This document shows positions 1 through 8,303 of a DNA stretch of 64,000 nt, in pieces. This stretch comes from Alphaproteobacteria bacterium (GTDB lineage Bacteria > Pseudomonadota > Alphaproteobacteria > SMXQ01): the NCBI GenBank assembly GCA_050485485.1, contig JBJHBM010000008.1:3829-67828 (forward strand), read 5' to 3'. The notes under the pieces are model-generated. The model was not told where the DNA came from. It saw only the letters and a program-made list of their open reading frames with translations, and ran no database searches. Made by a program: the position numbers and the translations under genes. Numbering within the stretch: the stretch's first letter is position 1; each line of letters begins with the position of its first letter.

Positions 1-1386
1 CTGCGGCCTGTCGGAAAAATAGCGTTCGAAGATACGCTCGAGATTGTCGGGATCGACGCCCGGCCCCTGGTCGGTGATCACGAGAACGGCTTCGGTGCCG
101 CTGCGCTCTAGCGTCACGCCCACCCTGGTTCCCGACGGCGAGAAGGAGAAGGCGTTATCGAGGAGGTTCTCGATCACGATTTCGAGCAGATCGACGCTCG
201 CCGCCACGAAGATATCCGGGCGAATTTCGGACGTCAGCTCGATTCCCTGGAGGGCGGCAGTCTCTCCGTAGGCTTCCACCATCCCCGTGAGGAGCTGCGA
301 CAAGTCCACTTTCTCGCGCGGCGGACTGATCAGGTCGGCGATCGCCTCGTCCATGTGCCGCGCTGCGGTAATCAACGCATCGAGTCGCTCCGTAGCCTGC
401 TCGACGAGCTGCAGCGCGCGTCGCGCGCGTTCGTCCTGCGGAGGCAAAGACGTCCGGATCGGCTCGACCGACTGCGCAATGACCGCTATCGGGGTCTTGA
501 AGGCATGGGCATTTTCTTCGGCCGCGTCGCGGATCGCCTTGGCGGAGGCATCGAGGCCGTCGACCATGCGGTCGAACTCACGCGCCACGCCCTGCAGCTC
601 CGGCACGCGATTGTGCGCGCTAAAGGAGCCATGGCCCGGCCCGCGCGCGGCGATCTGGCTCGCCAGGCGCGCGAAGCCGCGCAGGTTGAGGCCCACGTCG
701 AGGAACAGCGACAGCACCAGCGCCGCCATGATGAGATAGATGGCCGCCGCCACCTGGACCTCGGGCCGCTTCCAGTAAGGCTGGCCGATCGTCATACCGA
801 CGCTGTCGGCGCCGCCGACCGCCGTCAGGACGACCCAGCAGCCGGCATCGGTACGGACGGGAGTCAGCGAGCTGAGAAGCTCCCATTGCCCGGCCGGGTT
901 GGTATAGCGCACCGCAAGCGCGCGCTCGCCCTCGCAGCTGTCGCGCAACCTGTCGAGCAGGCCGGTTTCGACGAGGAATTGCCATTCCGTGTCGAGGTAG
1001 GCTGCCGGCACTTCCGGCCAAGCGGCGACGTAGAAGAAACCGACGTTCTGCTGCCCCTTCGACCTTACCCTCGCGGTCTCGGGACGGAACAGGACCTTGA
1101 CCTTGGTGCTGCCCGAGACCACGGACGCGAGCTCGGCTTGGAGAGCAGGGGTGCGGCCCGCTCCGAAGCGCTGCAGGGCGGGCGTGAGGGCTACCGCCAT
1201 CAGCCTCCCCTGTTCCTGGACCGTCTCCATCAGGAGACGCGATTTCTCGCGGTCCGCGCCGCGAAGCTCGACGTAGACGATCAGGGGACAGGCAATAAAG
1301 ATGACGACCAGGATGATCGCCTTCGTGGCGATGGAATTGGCCGCGCGCAGGAGACGCCCGGTCCAGTATCGGGTCTCATTCCTCAT
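1..1386 (-). CDS. Sensor histidine kinase (partial; C-terminus runs off the window start)
   Basis: Minus-strand reading frame open from ATG at 1386-1384 to the window edge. Reverse translation shows two hydrophobic segments, an H-box (AHAFKTPIAVI-like) and a C-terminal HATPase_c region ending ...GTEAVLVITDQGPGVDPDNLERIFERYFSDRPQ. Not in the ORF track because no stop lies inside the window. Start overlaps the stop of the upstream response regulator by 11 nt. Confidence 0.7.
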   Translation of the reverse strand, partial: MRNETRYWTGRLLRAANSIATKAIILVVIFIACPLIVYVELRGADREKSRLLMETVQEQGRLMAVALTPALQRFGAGRTPALQAELASVVSGSTKVKVLFRPETARVRSKGQQNVGFFYVAAWPEVPAAYLDTEWQFLVETGLLDRLRDSCEGERALAVRYTNPAGQWELLSSLTPVRTDAGCWVVLTAVGGADSVGMTIGQPYWKRPEVQVAAAIYLIMAALVLSLFLDVGLNLRGFARLASQIAARGPGHGSFSAHNRVPELQGVAREFDRMVDGLDASAKAIRDAAEENAHAFKTPIAVIAQSVEPIRTSLPPQDERARRALQLVEQATERLDALITAARHMDEAIADLISPPREKVDLSQLLTGMVEAYGETAALQGIELTSEIRPDIFVAASVDLLEIVIENLLDNAFSFSPSGTRVGVTLERSGTEAVLVITDQGPGVDPDNLERIFERYFSDRPQ

Positions 1387-2101
1387 CGCGCCAGCGGTAG
1401 CCGAAGCCGGGATAATTCTCGATCCGGTCGAAATCCGGATCGTGGTCCCTGAACTTTTGGCGAATCCGTTTTATGAAGGTGCGGACGTTGGTGCGATAGC
1501 CTTCGGGCCCGACGCCGGCGACGAAGCCTTCGCCGCGCACCCTGTCGTAGAGATCGCGGTAGCGCAGGTCCTGTCCTGCCTGGACCGCGAGAAGCTGCAC
1601 GATCTGGAATTCCCCGAGGGTGAGCGGAATCTCGTCCCCGTTCCAGTAGGCGCGGCTCGATGCCGGGTTCAATTCCAGGGGCCCGAGCACGATGCGCGCG
1701 GCGCCGTTCTCGTCGTCCGCCATGCCCTCCGCGCCCTTGGTCCCGGCGAGGATCAGGTCGATGCGGCGGCGTAGAATCTGGAAGCTGCGGGACTTTTCCA
1801 CGAAATCCACCGCGCCGGTCGCCAGCGCGGCCTCTTCGTAAACCTGGTCCGAAAGGACCGTGAGGAAGATTGCGGGCGTCGTCACCCCGCTCTCCCGTAG
1901 GCGGCGGAGCACCTCTATCCCGGAGAGGCCGGGCATCTTCCAGTCCATCAGGATGATGTCGATGTCGTTGCCCGCATCGAGGAAGTCGATGAAGGACTGG
2001 CCCCGATCGAAGCTCGACACCTCGAAGCCCGAATCACGGAGATTTTGTTCCACCGATTCGCGGAACAGGTCGTCGTCGTCAACCAGTGCGATCCGAGCCA
2101 T
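1376..2101 (-). CDS. OmpR-family winged-helix response regulator
   Basis: MARIALVDDDDLFRE... with DD acidic pocket, phospho-acceptor Asp (ILMDWKMPG), conserved Thr (IFLTVLS) and Lys (VEKSRS). C-terminal winged helix (RTNVRTFIKRIRQKF...GYRWR). ATG at 2101-2099 with GGAA RBS. Translationally coupled to the downstream kinase. Confidence 0.8.
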   Translation of the reverse strand: MARIALVDDDDLFRESVEQNLRDSGFEVSSFDRGQSFIDFLDAGNDIDIILMDWKMPGLSGIEVLRRLRESGVTTPAIFLTVLSDQVYEEAALATGAVDFVEKSRSFQILRRRIDLILAGTKGAEGMADDENGAARIVLGPLELNPASSRAYWNGDEIPLTLGEFQIVQLLAVQAGQDLRYRDLYDRVRGEGFVAGVGPEGYRTNVRTFIKRIRQKFRDHDPDFDRIENYPGFGYRWRDEE

Positions 2102-2118
2102 GCTTTCGTTCCAAACGC

Positions 2119-2571
2119 TTAACGCGTCTTTCCGTCCCTGATTCCGGCTATGCATGTCCGCTCGGCGTCGGCCGACGCCTGATCGGGATAGAACTTGTAG
2201 GCAAGTGCGCGAAAATCCTTGTTGCCGATGTCGAAGTAGAAGAACACGTCGAGCTTGCAGCCCGCCGAAGCATAATGCCAAACCATCGAGGGCGGCTCGT
2301 TGCGAACCGCCAGCGGCTGGCCCAGCAGGTTGGTGACCTCCCCCTCGCTGCCGCCCATCATGGCCGCGGCGGTGGGGCCCACCACCGCCGGCGCCTTCTT
2401 CTGTTCCTCGCCCTCGGGACGGCGCGGCGGGCGCAGGACGGCCTCCTCGGCCGGCGGCGCCGCTTCCGGCGCCGGTTCCTTCGGCGCAAGCGGAAAGCCC
2501 ACCCCCTCGCACCCGGCGAGGGCCACACTCATCACGGCGCCGAGAAGCGCCGTGCGACGTGGCAAGAACAT
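2119..2571 (-). CDS. Hypothetical lipoprotein (possible SmpA/OmlA-like fold)
   Basis: Internal start MFLPRRTALLGAVMSVALAGC|EG gives a lipobox (LAGC) signal peptide, preceded by a GGAGGAACGGG RBS. Pro/Ala/Glu-rich linker then a small globular domain. First gene of the lipoprotein-RR-HK minus-strand operon. Confidence 0.55.
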   Translation of the reverse strand: MFLPRRTALLGAVMSVALAGCEGVGFPLAPKEPAPEAAPPAEEAVLRPPRRPEGEEQKKAPAVVGPTAAAMMGGSEGEVTNLLGQPLAVRNEPPSMVWHYASAGCKLDVFFYFDIGNKDFRALAYKFYPDQASADAERTCIAGIRDGKTR

Positions 2572-2799
2572 CCCGTTCCTCCATCCCCGCGACCGGACTT
2601 CGGCGCTGTCGGCCGCCGAACCACCAAGTCTTCCACAACACGAAACGATTCCGGCTTGCACCGGAACGTGCTCATGATATTCGAACCTTAAGCCGGCGCC
2701 ACCATCAAACGTCTATATTTCGTAGGGCATACGCATAATAATAGCAGCTTCGCGCCGCCCTCCCCGGCGGCAGCCGTCCGGTCAGGCGGCCCGCCAGCA

Positions 2800-2828
2800 T
2801 TGACAGCCCGAACGGCCGAACATAATTT
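2800..2828 (+). promoter_or_regulatory. Sigma70-like promoter (TTGACA-N15-CATAAT / TAATTT) in a divergent intergenic region
   Basis: ttgaca at 2800-2805 and cataat at 2821-2826 (alternatively taattt at 2823-2828, spacer 17). Sits in an AT-rich island about 35 nt upstream of the GGAGG RBS and ATG (2860) of the TctC-like gene. Confidence 0.35.
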
Positions 2829-2859
2829 AGATAATTGCAATATAAACTGGGAGGAATAC

Positions 2860-3891
2860 ATGCGCTCTTCAAGTATTTCGAAATTGGCTTTCGCCGCCTG
2901 TTCGCTCGCGCTTCTACCGGCCGCAGCTTCCGCCCAGTCCGTGGAAAGCTTCTACAAGGGCAAGACCGCCAATCTCCATATCGGCTTCGCCCCGGGCGGA
3001 GGATACGATTTCTACGGACGGCTGGTAGCGCGCCACCTCGGCAGGCATATTCCCGGGCAGCCTAACATCGTGGCGCAGAACATGCCGGGCGCGGGAAGCC
3101 TGACCGCCGCCAATTTCGTCTACGCGGTGGCGCCCAAGGACGGCACCGCGTTCGGGATGCTGACGCAGAACCTTCCGCTCGAGGAGGCTCTCGGGAATCA
3201 GGGGGTGCGCTACAAGTCGGCCGAGTTCAACTGGATCGGCCGCGCCACCTCGATCATCGAGATTCACCTGACCTGGCATACGTCGAAGGCGAAGACCTTC
3301 CAGGACGTACTCGTCCATGAAACCCCGGTCGCAAGCACCGGGCCGGGCTCGCCGTCGGAAGGCTGGCCGCGCATCCTCAACGGCCTGCTCGGTGCCAAGT
3401 TCCGCATCATCGGCGGCTACACCGGCTCGACCGCCGGGATGCTGGCGATGGAGCGCGGCGAGGTGGATGGCGCGCTGACCTCCTGGAACACGCTCAAGCA
3501 GAGCAAGCAGGACTGGCTGTCCAACAACCGCATCAGCCTGCTGGTCCAGTACACGATGGAACGCTCGCCCGAGCTTCCCAACGTACCGGCGGTGGTGGAG
3601 CTCGGCCGCACGCAACAGGAGAAGGAGATGCTGGCCGTCTACGCGGGCGGCGGCGAGATCGGGCGCTCGGTGGTGACGACCCCGGGGGTGCCGGCCGATC
3701 GCGTGAAAGCCTTGCGCGCGGCCTTCGATGCCATGCTGAAGGATCCGGCCCTGCTTGCCGAGGTCGAGAAGACCCGCTCCGAGTTCCTGCCGATGCCGGG
3801 CGAGAAGCTCCAGGCGATGGTCGAGCAGATGACCAAGGTCTCGCCCGAGATCATCCAACGGATGCAGGGATATCTTCAGGCCGGCAAGTAG
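2860..3891 (+). CDS. Tripartite tricarboxylate transporter substrate-binding protein (TctC/Bug family), periplasmic
   Basis: ATG at 2860 after a GGAGG RBS. Signal peptide MRSSSISKLAFAACSLALLPAAASAQ. Family-typical motifs GFAPGGGYD...VAQNMPGAGS...APKDGT. Paralogous to 61308-62330 and 63867->. No tctA/tctB adjacent, so an orphan Bug-type binding protein. Confidence 0.7.
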   Translation: MRSSSISKLAFAACSLALLPAAASAQSVESFYKGKTANLHIGFAPGGGYDFYGRLVARHLGRHIPGQPNIVAQNMPGAGSLTAANFVYAVAPKDGTAFGMLTQNLPLEEALGNQGVRYKSAEFNWIGRATSIIEIHLTWHTSKAKTFQDVLVHETPVASTGPGSPSEGWPRILNGLLGAKFRIIGGYTGSTAGMLAMERGEVDGALTSWNTLKQSKQDWLSNNRISLLVQYTMERSPELPNVPAVVELGRTQQEKEMLAVYAGGGEIGRSVVTTPGVPADRVKALRAAFDAMLKDPALLAEVEKTRSEFLPMPGEKLQAMVEQMTKVSPEIIQRMQGYLQAGK

Positions 3892-3911
3892 CGCTGCCGG
3901 CATTTCATCAG

Positions 3912-3950
3912 GGGCGCCGCGGCCCGTCGCGGCGCCCTTTTCTTTTTCTT
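3912..3950 (+). terminator. Rho-independent terminator after the TctC-like gene
   Basis: Perfect 10-bp GC stem gggcgccgcg / cgcggcgccc (3912-3921 and 3928-3937) with 6-nt loop, followed by ttttctttttctttc. Confidence 0.6.
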
Positions 3951-4002
3951 TCGCGCGGGCAGATAATCGCGTGGCGGATGACGAACTGATGACGAGGCCG
4001 GG

Positions 4003-5442
4003 TCATCCACGCCGGGCGGGCAGGCGCAGCAGCGCCGCCATGAAGACGACGGCGGCGACCAGCGCCAGCAGGTTGGCAGAATAGACCATCGTCACGGCCC
4101 GGCCGACCGCCGCCGGGTCGGTGGCATCTCCAAGGCCCGCGACGGTCGAGAGCACGCCGGCGGCGGCGGCGCCGAAGGCGGTGCCGAGCGAGCGTACGGA
4201 CGGCATGGCCGCGGAAGTCGCGCGTTCCTCCCCCGGCCGGGCATTGGCCATGGTGCGCGCCACGAGATGGACGTTGTGCACGCCGACCCCGATCCCCAGC
4301 ACGAAGGCCGAGAAGGCTAGCACCGCGAGCAGCGGCGGCAGCGTCGCCGTCGCCGCGATCCCGGCGAGGCCGGCCACCATCAGCACCGGCCCCGACATCA
4401 GCGCGAGGCGCTCGCGCCGGCCCGACCAGCCCGAGACCAAGAAGGTACCGATGGTCCACCCGGCCGAGACCACGATGGCGATGAAGCTGATGAGAAGCGG
4501 CGTCACCCCGTGGACCACCTGCAGCAGCAGCGGCATGAACAGGTTGACCGATGTCTGTGCCATGCCGCCGCAGAACAGGATCAGGAACGCGAGGCCGACC
4601 GGCGAGCGTAGCGAAAGGGCATCGGACGGATAGAGGCGGTTGGGAGAAGCCCGGTCCAGGCGGAACGTGGCCCAGAGCATCCCCACGGCGAGCGCCACCA
4701 GCAGCAGCCTGAGCACCGTATCGGCGACGGGCCCGGCGAGTGCGACGGCGAAGACGCCGCCCGTCAGCATCATCACGCGGGCGAAGGGGAAGCGCGCGGC
4801 GTCGGAACGCCGGCCGGCGTCTGCGGTTTCGTCCGGCACCCGCGTCCAGATCAGCACGGCGAAGGCGAGGATCAGCGGGACCATGCTCCAGAACGAGCCG
4901 CGCCACCAGCCGATCTCGGCGAACAGACCACCCACCAGCGGCCCGCAAAGCTGGGCAATCATCCAGGTGCCCTGGTGGGCGGCGAGGATACGACGACGCA
5001 GGCCGTCGGCGAAGAATGCGCTGACCAGCGCCATGCCGCCGCCGGTCACGAGCCCGCCCGCGAATCCCTGCAGCCCCCGCGCCGCGACCAGCGTCCCCAT
5101 GTCGGGAGCGAGCGCGCAGCCGAGGGTGCCCAGGAGAAATGCGACGATGCTCAGCAGCGAGCCATTGCGTCGCCCGAACGCGGCCCAAATGGGATTGAGG
5201 CTCGCGGCGCCGACGATGGCGCCGATGGTATAGAGCAGGGTCGGCCACGTGTAATAGTCGGCGCCGCCGAGGTCGGCCACCACCGTCGGCATGATGATGG
5301 TGATGACGAGCACCTGGAGCGCGTGCAGTGCGACGCCGAGCACCACGATAGCCGAATAGACCGCACGCCCGTCGCGGACGAGATCGCCCCAGGGCGCGGT
5401 CTGCGGGGCCGCTCCATCATGTGCCGTGGATTGCCCGCTCAT
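4003..5442 (-). CDS. MFS transporter (about 12-14 TM helices)
   Basis: 479 aa, highly hydrophobic with MFS-type repeated helix pattern (GRRNGSLLSIVAFLLGTLGCALAP...ARGLQGFAGG...). Consistent codon usage on the minus strand. Confidence 0.8.
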   Translation of the reverse strand: MSGQSTAHDGAAPQTAPWGDLVRDGRAVYSAIVVLGVALHALQVLVITIIMPTVVADLGGADYYTWPTLLYTIGAIVGAASLNPIWAAFGRRNGSLLSIVAFLLGTLGCALAPDMGTLVAARGLQGFAGGLVTGGGMALVSAFFADGLRRRILAAHQGTWMIAQLCGPLVGGLFAEIGWWRGSFWSMVPLILAFAVLIWTRVPDETADAGRRSDAARFPFARVMMLTGGVFAVALAGPVADTVLRLLLVALAVGMLWATFRLDRASPNRLYPSDALSLRSPVGLAFLILFCGGMAQTSVNLFMPLLLQVVHGVTPLLISFIAIVVSAGWTIGTFLVSGWSGRRERLALMSGPVLMVAGLAGIAATATLPPLLAVLAFSAFVLGIGVGVHNVHLVARTMANARPGEERATSAAMPSVRSLGTAFGAAAAGVLSTVAGLGDATDPAAVGRAVTMVYSANLLALVAAVVFMAALLRLPARRG

Positions 5443-5601
5443 GGGACGACTGCGTTCCCCCTCCTTGCTGCGGCCCGCTTCCTGTGCGGCGCGCCCGCCG
5501 TCCTTGTCCGATGGCTTTGTCTGATGGTGTTATCGGCGGCCGGTGCCGAGTGTCGCGCGAACCGGCCGTCCTGTCCATCCGCCGCGCCGCGATGGGCCGC
5601 G

Positions 5602-7206
5602 TCAGGCCCGGGCGCGACGCAGGTCGGCCAGGACTTCGCGGGCCGCGTTGTGGCCCGGCGCCCCGGTGACGCCGCCGCCCGGGTGGGTGCCGGCGCCGCA
5701 CATATAGAGGCCCGGTATCGGCCCCCTGTAGTTGCCGTGGCCGAGCAGCGGGCGCGCCGAGAACATCTGGCCGAGGTCGAGCGCACCGTGGAAGATGTCG
5801 CCGCCGACCAGGCCGAAGGTGCGCTCGAGGTCGAGAGGGCTCAGCACCTGACGGCCGACGACGGAACGGGCGAAGTTGGGCGCATGGGCGTCCACCGTCG
5901 CGATCATCAGGTCCGCGACCTCTTCCCTGCGATCGTCCCAGGAGGCGCCGTCCGGCAACACGGGCGCGACATGCTGGCAGAACAGGCTCGCCACGTGCGC
6001 GCCCCGCGGCGCCAGCGTGTCGTCGAGCGTCGAGGGGATCACCAGTTCCACGATCGGGCGGCGCGACCAGCCGTGGGTGCGGGCGTCGAAATAGGCGCGT
6101 TCCATGTAGCCGAGGCTGGGCGCGATGATGATTCCGGCGGTGTGGTGGTCCGCAACCTCCTGTCCCGGCAGCGCCGAAAAATCGGGCAGCTCCGAGAGCG
6201 CCACGTTCATGCGGAAGGTCCCGGAGGCGCAGCGGTAGCCTTCCATTCGGGCACGGAATCCCGCCGGCAGCGCCCCTTCCGGCACCAATTTCAGGTAGAG
6301 CAGCTTGGGGTTGACGTTGGCGACCACCGCGCGCGCGCGCAGCGTCTCGCCCGCCTCGGTGACGACGCCGACGGCGCGGCCCCGCTCCACCAGAACCTCG
6401 CGCACGCCCGCGCTTGTGCGTATGTCGGCGCCGCGCGTACGCGCCGCGCGCGCGATCGCCTCGCTGATCGCCCCCATTCCGCCGACGGCGTGCCCCCAGG
6501 CACCCTTCTCCCCGTTCACCTCGCCGAAGCGATGGTGCATCAGCACGTAGGCCGAGCCCGGCGTATAGGGGCTCGCGTAGTTGCCGACGATACCGTCGAA
6601 GCCGAACGCGGCCTTGATGGGATCGCTCTCGAACCAGCGGTCGAGATAATCGCCTGCCGAGGCCGTGAACAGATCGAGCAGATCGCGCTGCGCGTCGAGC
6701 CCGAGGCGGCGCACCCGGTTGCCGAGCCGGCCCGCGCGCGCGAACTCGGCGAGCGCCGCGAGGAGGCGGCCCTCGACGGCGTTGGGCGGCGTCTCCAACA
6801 CGAGATCGCGGATGAAGTCGGCGACCGTGTCGAGGCGCGCCTCGAAAGCGTCGAGCCGTTCGGCGTCGCGCGCGGAAAACCGCGCGACCTCGGCGCGGGT
6901 GACGCCGGCGCCGACCTTGAGATAGCGCCCATCGTCAAGCGGCAGGAAGTTGGCGAGACGCCGCTTGACGATGCGCAGGCCATGGCCGTGCAGATCGAGG
7001 TCGCGGATCACCTTCGGGTTGAGAAGGGACACCGTGTAGGCGGCGACCGAGTTGCGGAAGCCCGGATGGAACTCCTCCGTCACCGCCGCGCCGCCGACGA
7101 CAGCACGGCGCTCCAGCACCACGACCTTGAGGCCCGCGCGCGCGAGGTAGGCGGCACAGACGAGGCCGTTGTGACCGCCGCCGATGATGAGCGCGTCGTG
7201 GATCAT
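5602..7206 (-). CDS. NAD(P)/FAD-dependent oxidoreductase, phytoene-desaturase (CrtI/COG1233) family
   Basis: N-terminal Rossmann dinucleotide motif MIHDALIIGGGHNGLVCAAYLARAG...VLE. Full length about 534 aa, typical of CrtI-like amine-oxidase-fold enzymes. Start chosen at ATG 7206 immediately before GxGxxG. Confidence 0.75.
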   Translation of the reverse strand: MIHDALIIGGGHNGLVCAAYLARAGLKVVVLERRAVVGGAAVTEEFHPGFRNSVAAYTVSLLNPKVIRDLDLHGHGLRIVKRRLANFLPLDDGRYLKVGAGVTRAEVARFSARDAERLDAFEARLDTVADFIRDLVLETPPNAVEGRLLAALAEFARAGRLGNRVRRLGLDAQRDLLDLFTASAGDYLDRWFESDPIKAAFGFDGIVGNYASPYTPGSAYVLMHHRFGEVNGEKGAWGHAVGGMGAISEAIARAARTRGADIRTSAGVREVLVERGRAVGVVTEAGETLRARAVVANVNPKLLYLKLVPEGALPAGFRARMEGYRCASGTFRMNVALSELPDFSALPGQEVADHHTAGIIIAPSLGYMERAYFDARTHGWSRRPIVELVIPSTLDDTLAPRGAHVASLFCQHVAPVLPDGASWDDRREEVADLMIATVDAHAPNFARSVVGRQVLSPLDLERTFGLVGGDIFHGALDLGQMFSARPLLGHGNYRGPIPGLYMCGAGTHPGGGVTGAPGHNAAREVLADLRRARA

Positions 7207-7251
7207 CCCCCGATGCTGCCCCATCGGCGGGCGCGAGGGAACAAGGCTCTG

Positions 7252-8232
7252 CTAGGCCCCGGCGCGCGCGGCGTCCTTGGCGTGGTTGCTGTGGCCGTAG
7301 GCGCCTTCCGGGCAGATCTTCCCGATGCGCGCCATGTCCTCGGCCGTGAGCCCGAGCCCGGCGGCCTTGGCGTTGTCCTCCAGATGCCTGCGGCTCTTGG
7401 AGGACGGGATCGGCACCACGGTACCCGGCTGGCGCATCAGCCAGGCGAGCGCCAGCGCAGAGACGGACACGCCCTTCTCGGCCGCCATCTCGCCGAGCGC
7501 GGCCACCATCGCCGCGTTGCGCTCGATGTTGCCGGGACGGTAGCGTTCGTCCTCGCGGCGGCGGTCGTCTTCGGGAATGTCAGCGGCGGAGCGGAACAGG
7601 CCCGCGAGCAGCCCCCGCCCCAACGGGGCGAAGGCCATGAAGCCCATGCCGCGGTCGCGGCAGGCGGGCAGGATCTCCTCCTCGGGGTCGCGCACGAACA
7701 GCGAGTACTCGTCCTGCACCGAAAGCAGCGGATGGACCGCGCAGGCACGGGCGACGAGGTCGCGGGTGAGCCCCTTGGAAATTCCGATCCAGCGGGTCTT
7801 GCCCTCCTTCACCATCTGGGCCATCGCGCCGACCGACTCCTCGACCGGAATCTCGGGATCCACCCGCGAGATGCAGATCATGTCGAGGCAATCGATGCCG
7901 AGCCGCCCGAGGGCACCCTCGGTCGAGTTGCGTATGTGCTCCGGTGAACCCGCCACCTGGCGCTTGCCGTCGGGGCGTATGGTGCCGAGCTTGGAATGGA
8001 TCACGAAGGCGTCGCGGTTGCCCTTGATCGCCCGGGCGATGAGCCGGTGGTTGTGACCCTCGCCGTAGTTGGACGAGGTGTCGAGGAAATTGATCCCAAG
8101 GTCGAGAGCGCGGCGGATCGTGGCGACGCACTCGTCGTCGTCCTGGGCGCCGTAGCAGCCCGACATGCTCATGCAGCCGAGGCCGATGGGCGATACCTTG
8201 GGCCCGCCCGGGCCGAACGTGATGCGGTCCAT
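7252..8232 (-). CDS. Aldo/keto reductase
   Basis: 326 aa. AKR hallmarks: IGLGCMSMSG, FLDTSSNYGEGHNHRLIARAI, WIGISKG, LAWLMRQPGTVVPIPSSKSRRHLEDN. Confidence 0.85.
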   Translation of the reverse strand: MDRITFGPGGPKVSPIGLGCMSMSGCYGAQDDDECVATIRRALDLGINFLDTSSNYGEGHNHRLIARAIKGNRDAFVIHSKLGTIRPDGKRQVAGSPEHIRNSTEGALGRLGIDCLDMICISRVDPEIPVEESVGAMAQMVKEGKTRWIGISKGLTRDLVARACAVHPLLSVQDEYSLFVRDPEEEILPACRDRGMGFMAFAPLGRGLLAGLFRSAADIPEDDRRREDERYRPGNIERNAAMVAALGEMAAEKGVSVSALALAWLMRQPGTVVPIPSSKSRRHLEDNAKAAGLGLTAEDMARIGKICPEGAYGHSNHAKDAARAGA

Positions 8233-8249
8233 GTCGAAACCTCACCTTT

Positions 8250-8283
8250 CGAAAATGCGGCGGCCCCGCCTGAGCGGGGCCGC
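8250..8283 (-). terminator. Rho-independent terminator downstream of the D-aminoacylase gene
   Basis: Perfect 10-bp stem gcggccccgc / gcggggccgc (8260-8269 and 8274-8283) with ctga loop. On the minus strand it is followed by CAUUUUC. Confidence 0.5.
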
Positions 8284-8303
8284 ATGGCCCGAGATGGGGC
8301 GCG

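Noticed and set aside
355-1452. 365-aa plus ORF and other ORFs (44-271, 287-739, 620-1021) at the window start
   Set aside because: They are antisense or alternative frames of the partial histidine-kinase gene, whose reverse translation shows clear H-box and HATPase motifs.
3908-5248. 446-aa minus ORF overlapping the MFS transporter
   Set aside because: It is an alternative frame of the MFS gene. It has an Arg/Gly-rich low-complexity product and lacks the hydrophobic periodicity seen in the chosen frame.
4975-7947. 990-aa plus-strand ORF spanning the MFS, oxidoreductase and AKR region
   Set aside because: It is antisense to three well-supported minus-strand genes. Its composition is Arg/Ala/Gly-rich with no domain signatures, as expected for random open frames in about 68% GC DNA.
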